Assembly (NCBI RefSeq): GCF_963676685.1
Contig: NC_092348.1
Span: 84,010,001-84,074,000 of the forward strand
Source: Mytilus edulis
Taxonomy: Eukaryota
Length of the DNA: 64,000 nt
Reading direction: 5' to 3'
The stretch's first letter is position 1. Every line of letters starts with the position of its first letter. A program made the position numbers and the translations under genes. This document shows, piece by piece, positions 1 to 15,000 of this stretch. Below the pieces are notes generated by a model. That model was not told where the DNA came from, did not search any database, and saw only the letters and a program-made list of their open reading frames with translations.

Positions 1-3000
1 CAATATCATGCCACATGTGAATGTAACAGGGAATTTTTTGAAACTATCGGGCATTATAACAACAATGACAACACCAACTGACTGGTCATCTGCAAATATG
101 GGCAATGGATCCTATGCAATAAAGACTTGGTTGACACCAAGTACGTACGTGTTACGAATTGACTGAGCTTATCTTTTTTTTTCGATGACATTGTTTAATT
201 AGGAATTTGCACAATTTTTATTCAATGACTTGTTTAATTGAGTAAATCATACAGCATATGTTTATTCAACTAACCAACTCTACTAAAACCTAGCATGATG
301 TACCAAAGTCTATGTATATTTATTTACATTGAGACATCCTCCGCAATCTGATGATATCTGACTATCCTCTTGTACTGACCAGAATTTAAAATTACTGAAA
401 AGATCATTAAAGGAACATTTGTTGTAAAAGAGACGCGAAAGATACCAGATGGACAGTCAAACTACTAAATCGAAAATAAACTGACAACGTGATGGCTAAA
501 AATGAAAAGGACAAACAGACAAACAATAGTGCACATGATACAACATAGACAACTAAAGAATAAGCAACACGAACCCCACCAAACACTAGGAATATCTCAG
601 GTGCTCCGGAAGGGTAAGCAGATTCTGCTCCACAAATGTCATTTCACTTGAATTTTAATACAAAAGTCTTTTCTTTAGTGAACAGTATATTATCTTCCCC
701 AATTGCAAAAATTTGTAGCAGCGTATTGATTTAAAAAAAAATAAAAAAAAATCTTATTTTCTAGGTAATGCTCCTATGGTGACTGGTTTTACAAATATCA
801 CATTATACAATGACGAAGTATCAGTAGGGGATACAGTAAATACCATCACAACATCTGATTATGACTTGGAAGACGTAAACAATTTAACGTTAACTATAAA
901 TTCAACAGACAACAATGGACAGAATTATTTCGAGATACATCCGTCTACAGGTAATGGTTACGAACGGATACGACATATCTAATGCATGCCCCAGAATCTC
1001 AAAACAACCTTCACAAGCCAGAATCAAAGGAAAAGATTATTTTCATGATTCATATTTATCTTTAAATCAAAATGAGAATTTTGATCGGATGCAAAATAAG
1101 TTCACGACAGTCCTTAGACTAATTCCAAATTAAAGAGGGACGAATGATACCAGAGAGACAGTCAGACTGTAAATGAGTGTCTTTTGATTTAATTTCCCTT
1201 CCAATAAACCATCCATTCATTTGACCAAATACAAATGATATTAAGTAAAATCAATGCCCCTTGATATCATCTTTTACTTCGGTAAATACACGATTGTATG
1301 ATATACTTGTCCGTAAATTTCCAGGGAAAGTGATGCTAACATTTAAACTAGTACTTTCAAATTTTACCGTATAAAGTTCTTGTTGTTGAGATCCTCTTTG
1401 TTTTATGGTCTCAACACGCTTTAGTTTTTGCTGTAAAACAGTTGAACTTGAGAGTTCCTGATCAAGGGTATATTATAAAGCACATGTTGTGTCTATACAA
1501 CTCATATTGAAGTTTAATTCATGACTTAGAAAGTATGGTGGAAAAGTGTTTTATATTTCATTTCCACATTCCATTAACAAGTAAACAAATAAGAGTTATT
1601 TTATTAAAGCATGACTATCAACCTCACTGAAATATATCAACCACACTGAAATATTTCAACCTAACATGTTGTTAATTTGATATTTTTTCCCACCACGTTT
1701 ACGTTGTAGGTGCAATTCGAATTAAAAGTATACCTCCTATAAACACGTACAACCTTGACATAGAAGTGAAGGACCCTTGCTCTTTGTCTAATATTGGAAC
1801 ACAGACAATTATAATAAAAAATCGGGTAAGTAATTCAAGTCACTAAAATAATTTTCATATCATGAATCAAATTCTATTTTGATTATGAACTTACAACGAA
1901 CGAATCAACAGTCATGTAATACATTAAATTCATCAGTAGAACCTCCTTTAAATATAGTCTCTAAATCCGCGTTGATTATAAGCGTTCAATTTCGTCGATT
2001 TGAAATATATCTAAATATTACCTTTTTGATTCCCCGAATTTCTGAATTGCATATAATTTAATTTACTTTGTGCTAAAGAAGTGATGTCATAGTCGCATTC
2101 AAAATAACATTTGGTTATTTCAACTTTCTTGACTAATTACTTACGAGTTTTTGAGTTAAAGAATTATGAAGGGATCATGTATGCTTCATATGTAGTTATT
2201 TTTCTTGAGTTTAATGTTGATTTTTAATTGACAACGAAATTTCACAACACAAGTAATTGTAAACTTCACATTCTTTAATAGTTTCATAGCAGAACATTTT
2301 TTCCATTAGGAGATCTTCACTTAATGGAATAACATATTTATAAAACACAACATTGTAAAACTTTCTTGATTTTGCCATTTGATTAGGAACTTTCCGTTTT
2401 GAATTTTCCTCGGAGTTCAGTATTTTTGTTATTTTACTTTTTTATGTGACCTAGAACTTTTCATAGCTAATTTCAGCAACATTGAAAATACCATTCTAAC
2501 TAAAAGAAAGGAGTTTCATACAATTGATGGTTATATTTTCCTACAAAACCCTCTATTCTTTGCATTTCATAATATCATGAAAATTCAGACGATAATTTAT
2601 GAATCAGACATTCTATATTTTCAGCTTCCTGTTATTGCAAATCTCCCAAGTACCATTTCAGTATCTGAAGATATTACAAGTAATACTCTCTTATTCGCGA
2701 TAAATGCCACCGACTCGTATAATGACTCTCTTACCTGTTCCATGCATATTGGAGAATCATCTATATTTCAAGTCAAAGCCATAGTTTTGACCACAGGTAA
2801 ATAAAGGCAACAATAGTATACCGTTGTTCAAAACTCGTAAATCCAAGGACAAAAAAACAAAATCTTAACAAACTTAAACTGAGGGAAACGCATTAAATGT
2901 AAGAGGAGAACAACGACACAACATTAAAACGTAACACACACAGAATCGGACTAAGCATTAGACAAAATCCGATGAGAATAACAAATATAACATCAATACC

Positions 3001-6000
3001 AAACACTCGAATTTGGGATAGAAAAGTACCGTGACACATCTTATAGTAATGTGAATTCACACTCAAACACAAGAGAAAACAAACGACGCAACGGAAAAAC
3101 AGCGTTAAAATGTAACACACACAGAAACGAACTATTCCTGACTTGGTACAGGACATTTCTAAAGAAACAAAATAGTGGATTGAACCTGGTTTTCTGGCAA
3201 CACTTCATTAGTATATTTACTCAATTTGCAATGGATTACTTTTAAACCATTTCACTATAATTTTTAATTTCAATTATTACGATACTACTTTTTCGGCTTT
3301 TAAAACAATACTTATTTTTGATTGAATAATTCTGCCGTTTCTATTTTCAATTTAATAACGCTCAGTTAAATATTAAACTGTTCTTGGAATTGTCTGTATA
3401 TGAATTTTATTGTAGTAGCATATATACTCAATTTAAGAAGAAACTATTGTTATTATGTAATAATTCTTATATGATTTGCATATTAGGGAATACGTTGATA
3501 TGATTGGTCGAGATATCTTCTGGTAGTTGATCTTGACGATGTTTATTGTTCGATAGACGACGTTGACCGAACTTCTTTCGTAACCAATGTAAACAAGATG
3601 ATGGCGATAATAAAACCGACGTTACCAAATCTATTTTAACTGCACGTTAATCGTGTAATAAAATAATAGACACAAACATTTGTTTGAATGATAATAAGAG
3701 TTTTTGCAGTTTACCTTTTATCAGATAGCAAATTTCATTACATATTTTTGCGTTAACCAACAAATATATTCATGCACCAGGCCTATTCAATGATATAAAC
3801 ATACAATTTACGTGTGATAGAGGTAACGAGTGTGGAAAATATATTCCCTATCTTCAATTTTAAAGAATTATAAGGATTAAACGAATTTTTAATGGAATTT
3901 ATTGGTGTTTAAACTGGACTAAGTCACTCACAAACATATCATAAAAGTTTTTAGGACTTTTATATGTTTGTGAGGGAATTGGTCGGGTTTATACACAAAT
4001 AAATTCCTTTAAAAACGCGTTTCATCCTATAGTAACATTCAACAGCTCATATGTCACACAAAAGAAGATTCAACATGACAAACTGATACTGTTACTTTGT
4101 ATGGGAACATTTTTTAAAAAGAAAAAAAAAATCAAATAGTGTAGTATTCTGTAGATCATGGTGTATACACAGCGAATTCCAGTATTCCCTTTGATTATGA
4201 CAATGTATCTACATATAATGTAACTATACAGTGCGATGACGGAGATGACATTGTTTATGGTGAACTTACAGTCAATATAATTCAAAATCAGGTAAAATAA
4301 AAATTATTCTCTTTTACACTTATAAAAGGGACTTTATCATATTTTAGCAACTAAAATCGTCATTTCGTCATAGAAGCAAAGGACAAAACAAAAAACAACC
4401 AAAAGCATAAAAAAACCAAAAAAAAACCAAACCAATAGCTGGCAAATATATAAACAATCAGAAACACACAAAAAACAAAACTGGAAAAATACAGTCGGTT
4501 TGTGTTAAAACAAAAATTACAAACTCTATACTAAATTAAACTTATTTAAATAAAAAAAAATATATTGGCCAAGTTTGATTCTATTTAGCACTGTAGTTTC
4601 AGAAGATTATATTTTTGTTAAGCTTAACGGACGCCGAACGACACCGACAACAACGGACAACTGATGTACAGTGATGAATAAAATCTCATTTTGCCCTCTA
4701 AGTCAGATGAGCTAAAACGGGAAGTCAATAAATAAAAATAAAAAATCCAGATCGGCGGTAGATTATCTCAATTTGAGCCTTCGACTACAAATGTTGATTA
4801 CTGAAAAGTACAAAAATATCGAACTCCAAGGTAAATCCAAGAAGAAATCAATTTAAAACTTACAATATCAAATTTTATCAACAAACGAAACGAATGGAAA
4901 ACAACTTTCATTATTTTGACATGGTACATTGATAGTTCAGGAATGTTCCGAAGAAAATTATGGTTAAGTATGGTTAAACAATCATCTGAACCTCCCACAG
5001 TTTAACATACAAATTTGCTGATGCGCTATAAAGTTTGATGCATACAGAGATAAAGCAAAGAATGGTAGGTTTTGGATTAGAATAATGTGTCTCAATAGCT
5101 ATAATGTTGTTCTTCCAACTTTATATCCACCAAGTTTGTTATTGTTAGACAGTTAATTGAATTCTCATTCGTTCATAAAGTTGCTAAAATAATCATTCCA
5201 TTTATATTTTGATCGCAATTTCAGGCACCTGTTATCAATAGTCTACCAGATTCTGTAAGTTTGTTGGAGGACATAAACACGAATACATTATTACATACAT
5301 TGAATGTGACAGATATAGAGGGAGACTACATAACATGTGTACTGAACCCGAACAGTTCATTATTTGAAGTAACTTTGATTCCACCATCAAATATAGGTTA
5401 GATGAATTTTAAATTATTTTTGAAACAGTGACGATTCTTTACGTTCACTGGCCTTTTGTGTCTTTAAGTCGCACTTTAACAACGAACATGGTGAATTCGT
5501 CATTTTATATACTTCCTTTTATATCAAATATAATTTGTTCATTCTAATAAAAAAGGGATACTAATGAAGTAATCTATCGGAACAGAATACGTTTTATCAA
5601 GTACAAAAAGGTGATTCTAATTGAAACATGCATTGTTGTAATCCAAAAGATTGCTTAGACTAACAACAACTTGATATAGCACATTATAAATGTTGTTGAA
5701 CGTTCAACATTCATTTAATTTTAGACTGTTCATATTTAGGGCTGATTATGGCTAGTGGTTTGGTGAAAATACCTTAACTAACTTATTTAGATGTACATAC
5801 AAAACATGACATAGTTCAATACCTACGTGTACAATTTTGCAGAATATGGGATCTATCTAAAAGGTGGAACAAATCTTGATTATGATATGACCCCTTCATA
5901 CTCGATGACTGTAGAATGTAGCGATGCAAGAAGAAACGATACTGGACATTTTTCAGTTAATTTGATAAAAAATTTAGTAAGTTTATACATAATATATGAA

Positions 6001-9000
6001 TTAAAGGTCTCGACGACGTTTCAAAACAAATATGCAGTTTATTTTCTGTTATTAATTTTGTTCAGTCTGAAGCATGAGGTGAATACGTGTAAGCTCAAAT
6101 TTTCCAATACCCATTTTGCTGTAAATAAATATTAAACGTGTTATGTTCGTTGTGTAATATTTGATCAAACTACATGAGCTATATAAGCTACATGAAATAA
6201 AAAACCCACACACTAACGTCGTATTTTAGTAGATGGGGTGTCTAAATTATAATCCATAAAATTTTTAAATAATTTGTCAAAATGTAGTTTATAAAAATAT
6301 TAATAAAAATAAAAATAATGGGTCATCGGACTTATTTTTATGCTACAAGTTGATCAAAATTGACAGATTTTGTATAGATTATGCATGGAAAACCAAATTT
6401 TCGGCCATAAAACGAAAACTGAACAATAGAATTTTTGGATAAAATATGAGAAGATAGCTTTAATTAGTATGCTTTCAGATAAGAAAAAGTAAAAATGAGG
6501 TCACCAGACCCGTTTTTATGCTAAATAATAAAATAGTGACATTCCTAACATATTTTATTGTAAAAGTACCTGAGTCTGAATTATCTGCCCTTGTATTTGA
6601 GTTGCCTCCCCTTTTGTGGGAAAGTTTGAAAAAAATTGAATCAAACTAAAGTTTCTGTGTTTTTGTAAAATAGAACCATAAATACATCTCATTTTCTATA
6701 TTGAAATGAAAATTCTTACACATGTATTACCTACTACTCTCAAAATTTTCACACTCTATCAAAGATCTACACCGTTGTTTTCTTGCATTTCAAAATCCAA
6801 GATGGAGGAAGACACCCTATCTACCTTTATTAGCTTCAACCTATTTTGTAAAGAGAAAATGTTAAAAACATGTATTTTGATATGCATTAAAAATTATTTC
6901 CAATACTTATTATTAATAACCTAAAAGATAACAGAACAATTGAGTCACAAAAAGATCCTCAAGCGGTTGATCTATGTCTTAAGTGTCGACCCTGTGCAGT
7001 TGAGGAACATTAACAAAGATCTAACGTAATGATTTTATTCAATTTAAAGTCGGCGGTAAAATATATTATGATATATATTTTAAACGAAATTTCAGGCACC
7101 AGTTCTCAATAGTCTGCCAGATTCTGTAAGTTTGTTGGAAGACGTAAACACAAATACATTATTACACACACTGAATGTGACGGATATGGAGGGAGATAAC
7201 ATAACATGTAAACTGTACCCAAACAGTACTATATTTGAGGTTACTTTAATTCCACCGTCAAATACAGGTTAGATGTAATTTTATTGTTTGTTAATCTTTT
7301 AGTATATTGTCATTTTCTCAAGTTGCACTTTACCAACGAACATTGAAAATTTGCTATTTTATATACTTCATTGTATATCAAATATAATTTGTCTTTCTAA
7401 TCAGAACAAGTGATACTAATGACGCATTGAAGTAGGGAAAGTGACGAGATAGAATGAGTTTAATCGAGTAAAAAAAGGTGGATGTTGATTAAACCATGCT
7501 TTTTTGCATTCCTCAAAATTGCTAGGAATATCATCAATGTATATGATCTTTCTAATATAGCATATTATGCCACATGTGGAGCAAGATCTGCTTACCCTTC
7601 TGGAACACCTGAGATCACCCCTAGCTTTTGGTGGGGTTCGTGTTTTTTATTTTTTAGTTTTCTATGTTGTGTCATGTGTACTATTGTTTGTCTGTTTGTC
7701 TTTTTCATTTTTAGCCATCGCGTTGTCAGTTTATTTTAGATTTATGAATTTGACTGTCCCTTTGGTATCTTTTGTTCCTCTTTTATAAATGTAACTAGAC
7801 GTTGAACAGTTCTTTAATTTCATAATTGCTAACACGTTTATCAAATATATGGATATATTTCAAAAACGATAGTGCTCAATATATACGTCTACAATTTTGT
7901 AGAATATGGGATCTATCTAAAAGGTGGAACAAATCTTGATTATGATATGACCCCATTATACTCGATGACAGTAGAATGTAGCGATGCAAGACGAAACGAT
8001 ACTGGACATTTTACAGTTAATTTGATAAGAAATTCAGTAAGTCTGTTAATATTAAATGAATAGAAAGTCAAGATTACGTTACAAAAAGTTGCAGTGTATG
8101 TTCTGTTATAATTTCTGTACAGTTTCGTGTATTGTAAGAAGTTGACGATTAAAAAGTATAAATAACGTTTTGTGGCATACATTATTTCTTTCAATACTAT
8201 ATATGTACTACCCAAGCATTAGGAAAATACGTGTACGTTCAAATTTGCATATACACTTTTTGCTCAAATTAAACAGTAAACGTCTTACTTTCGTTGTATA
8301 ATATTTTATCGAAATACATGAAAATATCTTAAATCCAACAGGTACGACAATGTATACAGAGCTATATAAAAATAAGATATAACTAGAAAAAAACCCAACA
8401 ATGATTAACGTTTTATCAATTAGCTTCAATCTTTTTTGTAAAGAGAACATATTAAAAAAAGTGTATCTTAATCTGCATAACAAATGATTTCAAATACTTA
8501 TCCTCAATAATAACAGGAAATTTGAGTCACAAAAAGATTTACAAGCGGTTGAACTATACCGTAAGTGCGGATCTTGTGCAATTGAAAGACAAAAAAAAGA
8601 AACAAAGATATAATGTAGTGTTTTATTATTCAATTCAAAGTCGGCGATAAAACTGCTAATAAATATTTAAAATCTCAAATTTCAGGCACCTGTTATCAAT
8701 AGCCTGCCAGATTCTGTAAGTTTGTCGGAGGACGTGAACACGAATACATTATTACATACACTGAATGTGACGGATATCAAGGGAGACAATATAACATGTT
8801 TACTGAGCCAAAACAGCTCATTATTCGAAGTGATTTTAATTCCACCATCAAATATAGGTTAGATTGTTTTTCTATTTAGTGTCAAACACTGATATTTGCT
8901 TTCCCTTATTGACATTTTATTATGTTGCACATACATAATTAACACAAAGAAATCAAATACTATTTAATTTTTCTATTACATAATGTAATATTATCGATGA

Positions 9001-12000
9001 GTTTCAGCGGAGAACGTAATCTTATGGAACTAGGCGCTGAATCATTTCCCACAGAATTTGTTTAATGAAATAAAAAGATGAAAGCCGATTGAAACCTATG
9101 CAGTTTTTATACAGGATAATTGTGCAGATTATAAACAATTTATATGATCATATTTGGTAGCAATGACCTTGGTAAGGTAAGGTCTTGGGTTGTGTGGTCT
9201 GTCGATACTTACAAAGTTACAAGTCCAATTTATCTTATATTATATTACATTTGTAATTCTATAAGTGAACTTATACCTGAAGTAATAATTGTGCGGCAGT
9301 GTAAAAAAGAGTGGATACCGCTGGATATTCAAAGATGTCTAGGAATAAAAGAATATGTCGACAGAAAATTAACATGTTCAATATCTTTTTTAAATTTTGT
9401 AGAATATGGGATCTATTTAAAAGGTGGAACAAATCTTGATTATGACATAATTAATTCTTACTCCATGACAGTAGAATGTAGGGACGGAAGACGAAATGAT
9501 ACAGGAAATTATACAGTTAATTTGAAAAGAAATTCAGTAAGTTTATACTATGTTTATAACCAGGTTCAACCCACCATTTTTTCCCTTAAAAATGTCCTGT
9601 ACCAAGTCAGGAATATGGCCATTGTTATATTATAGTTCGTTTCTGTGTGTGTTACAATTTAACGTTGCGTCGTTTGTTTTCTCTTATTTTTGAGTGTAAA
9701 TTGACATTGCGATAAGACGTGTCACGGTACTTGTCTATCTCAAATTCATGTATTTGGTTTTGATGTTATATTTGTTATTCTCGTGGGATTTTGTCTGATG
9801 CTTGGTCAGTTTCTGTGTGTGTTAGTTACATTGTAGTGTTGTGTCGTTGTTCTCCTCTTATATTTATGCGTTTCCCTCAGTTTTAGTTTGTTACCCCGAT
9901 TATGTTTTTTCCATGGATTTATGAGTTTGAACAGCGGTATACTACTGTTGCCTTTATTTATACCTTATGAATGAATATAGAGATTGAGGTTATCTTTAAA
10001 ATATTTTGTAGTGTACATTCTGTTTGAATTATCAAAAATATACACATACAGCCTGAACGAAAGTGTTAAACAAAACGTTTTAGAGCATTATCATTTTATT
10101 TCAATACTTTCAAGAAAAGGTGGGTACATCGAATGGTGAATTCGTCATGTTGATTTGTAGGTGCTAGACATAATCTTTATTAGAAATATAAAAACTACTT
10201 GCTACGTTCGTTTGAATATGTGATTGCTTTTAATGAGAAAAGCTTTAACTCAACAGTAGGGACAAACCCCAAAAATGCTCAATGTTGTATACGAAAGGGC
10301 CTTTTCTTTTTTCTTTTTGAAAAAGAAAATATATCTTAATATGTACAGGATTTGAAGTCACTTGAAAACTTAAAAAGTTGTCTATAATGTCGTCTTTGCA
10401 CAATTCTTGGAAGGTATTTTTGGATAATGTACTCAAATCAATTTCGGTAATTAGGTTGTTGACATATTTTTGATCGCTTATTTCAGGCACCTGTTATCAA
10501 TAACCTACCAGATTCTGTAAGTTTGTTGGAGGATGTGAACACGAATACATTATTACATACACTGAATGTGACGGATATAGAGAGAGACAATAAAACATGT
10601 GCACTGAACCCGAACAGCTCATTATTTGAAGTGTCCTTGATTCCACCATCAAATATAGGTGAGATCATTTTTTATTGTTTGCTTAAATAAAGGCAACAGT
10701 AGTATACCGCGGTTCGAAATTCATAATTAGATTGAGAAAAAAAAAACAAATTCGGGTAACAAACTAAAACTGAGGGAAACGCATCAAATATAAGAGGAGA
10801 ACTACGACACAACAGAAACACAACATTAAAATGTAAAACACAAAGAAACGAACTACAACTTAACAATGGCAATTTTCCTGACTTGATACAGGACATTTTA
10901 AGACAAAAATGGTGGGTTAAACCCGGTTTTGTGGGTGCCAAACCTCCAGTTTTTATGCCAAAGTTAGATATAACATTAAAATGACAGCAATGCATGACAA
11001 GACCATTATACACATACATTGGAGAACACATAGGACTGAGAAACACACGAATAATAGCTAACTAAAGGTTACAGGTTGATAATTAAATACGCCAGAAACG
11101 CGTTTCGTCCACACAAGAATAACTAGAGACGCGCAGATGCAAAAAATGCGAAAGCCAAAAGAAATACAAAGTTAAAGAGCACTGGTAAACGGTGGTCATG
11201 CTTTATGCTTATTGACATTTTATTTCTTTGCACAGATCAGCATGAAGAATTCACCATTTGATATCCTTTTTATTACATCAAATCTAATTTGTTCTTTCAA
11301 ATCACAGAAAGCGATGTTATTGGTGCATTGCATGAGCGAAAAATAATCTTACGGAACTAAGTGTTGAAACATTTTACTCAGAATGATAGTTATGAAGTCA
11401 AAAAGAAAAAGCGAATTGAAACAAATACGTTTTTGTATACCTGATGATAGAGCAGACTATAAACATATACTACTTTCTCTATGTAAGCAAATTCGATAGT
11501 CTTGGTGTTGGTCTTTCGATGCAGTAACCTTGTTAGGTTAAGTCCAGGATGTATTTTCGGTCGATTTTAAGTAACCATATTGAACAAATGAGCAAAATCC
11601 TCTGTTGAAATCAGTAAAAAATGGTGCATAACTTTTTCAACAGTGGTGCTAGAGACCAATTTTTTTAGGACTAATATCAGGGATCCAATACCAAACAAGT
11701 TATTAACTTCATTTTGACCTACACTCAAAAATTAAGATGACAGCTTTTGCACTCAGCGGAATTGCAAACATGTCATAGAGACTGTTGAAGACTGGTCTGT
11801 AATGGATCAGACAAAAATATAACCCGATGGCTTTCATGTTTTCACCATGTGTTTTTCCTTATAAGATATCAATTTCCGCTTTATGTTTTCCGTCGTGTGC
11901 CGCCACATTATCATATGAATTCAATCGCATTCAGAATAGCACGTTACGGTTGCTGATTGGCATTAAACAGTCATGTTTTCTTGCATCATTTTTGTAGATT

Positions 12001-15000
12001 ATGGGATCTATCTAAAAGGTGGAGCAAACCTTGATTATGACATGACCCCATTATACTCGCTGACAATAGAATGTAGCGATGCACGGCGGAATGATACTGG
12101 ACATTTTACAATTAACTTAATAAGAAATTCAGTAAGTTTCTGCATAATATATGGATATGAAGAGCAAGATAACTTAAAAAAAATAAGGTTTATTCTTTTA
12201 TCAGTTTTGTAAAGTATCAAGTACTAGTATTCTTTAAATATTGTCTATGCTTCCCAAGTAGAAGAAAACAATTAATTATCTTCTTGCTTACATTCTTTTA
12301 TTGAAAATATTAACGTTCTACGTTTTTTATGAAATAAATGATCACTCTTCATCAGGAAAGCTATAAAAACACAAAGAACTTGATAATGATGAAATTCCCC
12401 AAAACAAAAAAAAAACCATCACGAAATCTAATGTACAAATATACCGTTTATGTGGAACAATTTATTCATTATTCATTTATAATTATTTGAAAAAGTTTGT
12501 GGGAAAATTTCGTTCATAATAGCTATTTGATCGTTAATTTCAGGCACCTGTTATCAATAACCTACCAGATTCTGTAAGTTTGTTTGAGGACGTGAACACG
12601 AAAACATTATTACATACACTGAATGTGACGGATAGTGAGTTTGACAATATAACATGTGCACTAAACTCGAACAGCTCATTGTTTGAAGTAACTTTGATTT
12701 CACCATCAATTACAGGTAGGATTTACTTTTAATGTTTGGTTTAAAAATAATACTTCTATGTGCTTTAACACTCATTTTTATGTTGTTGACTGCAATTAAA
12801 CAAGAAAGACGACTAATAAGCATCTTTAATATTATAATTCTTTTAGTTATATTCGTGATGCATTGCTTGAGCAAAAAAGTAATTAACTGAACTAAGTGCT
12901 GACAGTTGTCACTCTTACTCCTATCAGACAATATATGATTCTAACGCTATCTTTGTCAGTCGATTTGGTAGTCTCGATATATGGTTCTCGGTGCAGTATG
13001 ATTGGTTAGGTTGTGGGAAGTGATGTTATGTTGGTCGATTTTTTTATAAACAAAATAATATTTACTGCTTTGCTGCTAAGCACAATGCCTGAGTGGATGG
13101 TCTGGGATAAGAAAATGTGTCAAAGTTGCCTACCTGATTTCTAACCGATAGTTCCTTGTAAACATCGCAGTTACATGTGGTCGCTTTTATAAAAGCAGAT
13201 GTAATAATAATATCGTATGGTCCCGTTATAATTATCATTCATTTCATCTTGCATTATATCTATAAAGTGTGATTTATCATAAAAGACATAGGAAAGCACT
13301 TTTATTTTCCAACTCTAAATGAAGTCATAAAAAACTATTATTTACACAAGAATGTGAATGAGTACTATATGAAAAATAATCTATACATTTACATGTTCAA
13401 TACTTTCGATTACAATTTTGTAGCTTATGGGATATACCTAAAAGGTGGAACAAATCTGGATTATGACACGATCCCGTTATACACGATGGCTGTAGAGTGT
13501 AGCGATGTGAGGCGTAATGATACGGGAAATTTTACAATAAATTTGATTAGAAACATGGTATGTACGGTGACCTATAGTTGTTAATTTCTGTGTCATTTTG
13601 GTTTCTTGTGGAGAGTTGAATCATTGGCAATCATACCACAACGTCTTTTTTTTTTTTATATGTTCCTGTTAGCTGTATTGAATAGAGAATGAAGAAATTA
13701 ATCTTGCGTTTTGGACAATTTTACAAGGGAGATACACTAAAAATACATAGTGGATTTGTTTTGATGCATACAGATTGCTTCTTCTTATTACGCACATCAT
13801 GGCAGTTGGTATATTTATTGTTTTTTGAAGAGATGATGTTTTTATTTGGTGTTTAAAAAACAATATGTAAAAATACATTACCTTGACCTAGAATGGTTTA
13901 CTTTTATTAATTGTAACTTGAATGGAGAGTTGTCTCATTTGCACTCATACCATACCTTCTTATATCTAATTACTACAGAAGTTGCGTTTTTTTGTTTGCT
14001 TGATCGGTCATTAATTTTCTAATTTAATTAAATACAATTAGTCATCTAGAATTGTATAAATAGTTAGCTGCATTTAAAAAGGTGACAAATATAAATACAC
14101 GTTTCGTGTAAAAAACATATAACCAAAAATACAATTTCAGTATATATTCTACCTCAAATCAAACTTGAAGGTTCTACAGAAAATATTTAAAAGACTCAAA
14201 TCTTACGACGTTTTATCACAAAAACACGGCTGGTAATCTACACACGCAGAACATTTGGTTCTGCAATGAAAACCGTGAGAGGATTTTCCGGTTGTGCTTG
14301 AGTGGAGTAATTGTCACCGCTTCGAAAGGTATATATATTTCTAAATCGCAATTTTCTTATTCGTCTGATCAAAATATTGAAAATCGGAGAATGCTATGCT
14401 GTGGTGAATACTTGAACAAAAAGATACATGTATCATTTACTGTTGTACGTGGAGTTAAACTCCTACAAAATCAGTTGCCGCACGAGAATTTGCCTATAAA
14501 AGTGACATTTAAATTTTAAAATGGTTCTAATTACAGACCCGCAAGTTTAAATTTACTTTTTATTCGGTCAATGGGTATGAATGTCGTTTTTGGTGGCATG
14601 TACGCTGTCCGGTGTTGATCGACATCTTAATAAATATGAAAACCTCATATTTTAATTATGACATGCGTGAGGGGATCGGTTCTGATTGAGGACATCGTGA
14701 ATGCGTGAGGGGACGCCTTAATGTGGTCAGATTGTTCATGAAAAAAACACATTTGTGTGCATAAACAAAATTAATGAGATAGAATTTTGAAATACATTGT
14801 GGGAAATTTTGTCAACGATTTGTTTCTAGCTACAAATAAAAGTGGAAACATTTCATATCAGCCCAGTATTACGTATTTAAAAAAAAAATGGATCGCGAAA
14901 ACACAAATTTTGATATTTAGTTGAATATTTTGATTTATACAATACATCACAAAGTTTTCTGTATATGAATAAACAGTTTTACCAATAAATTGCAAATATG

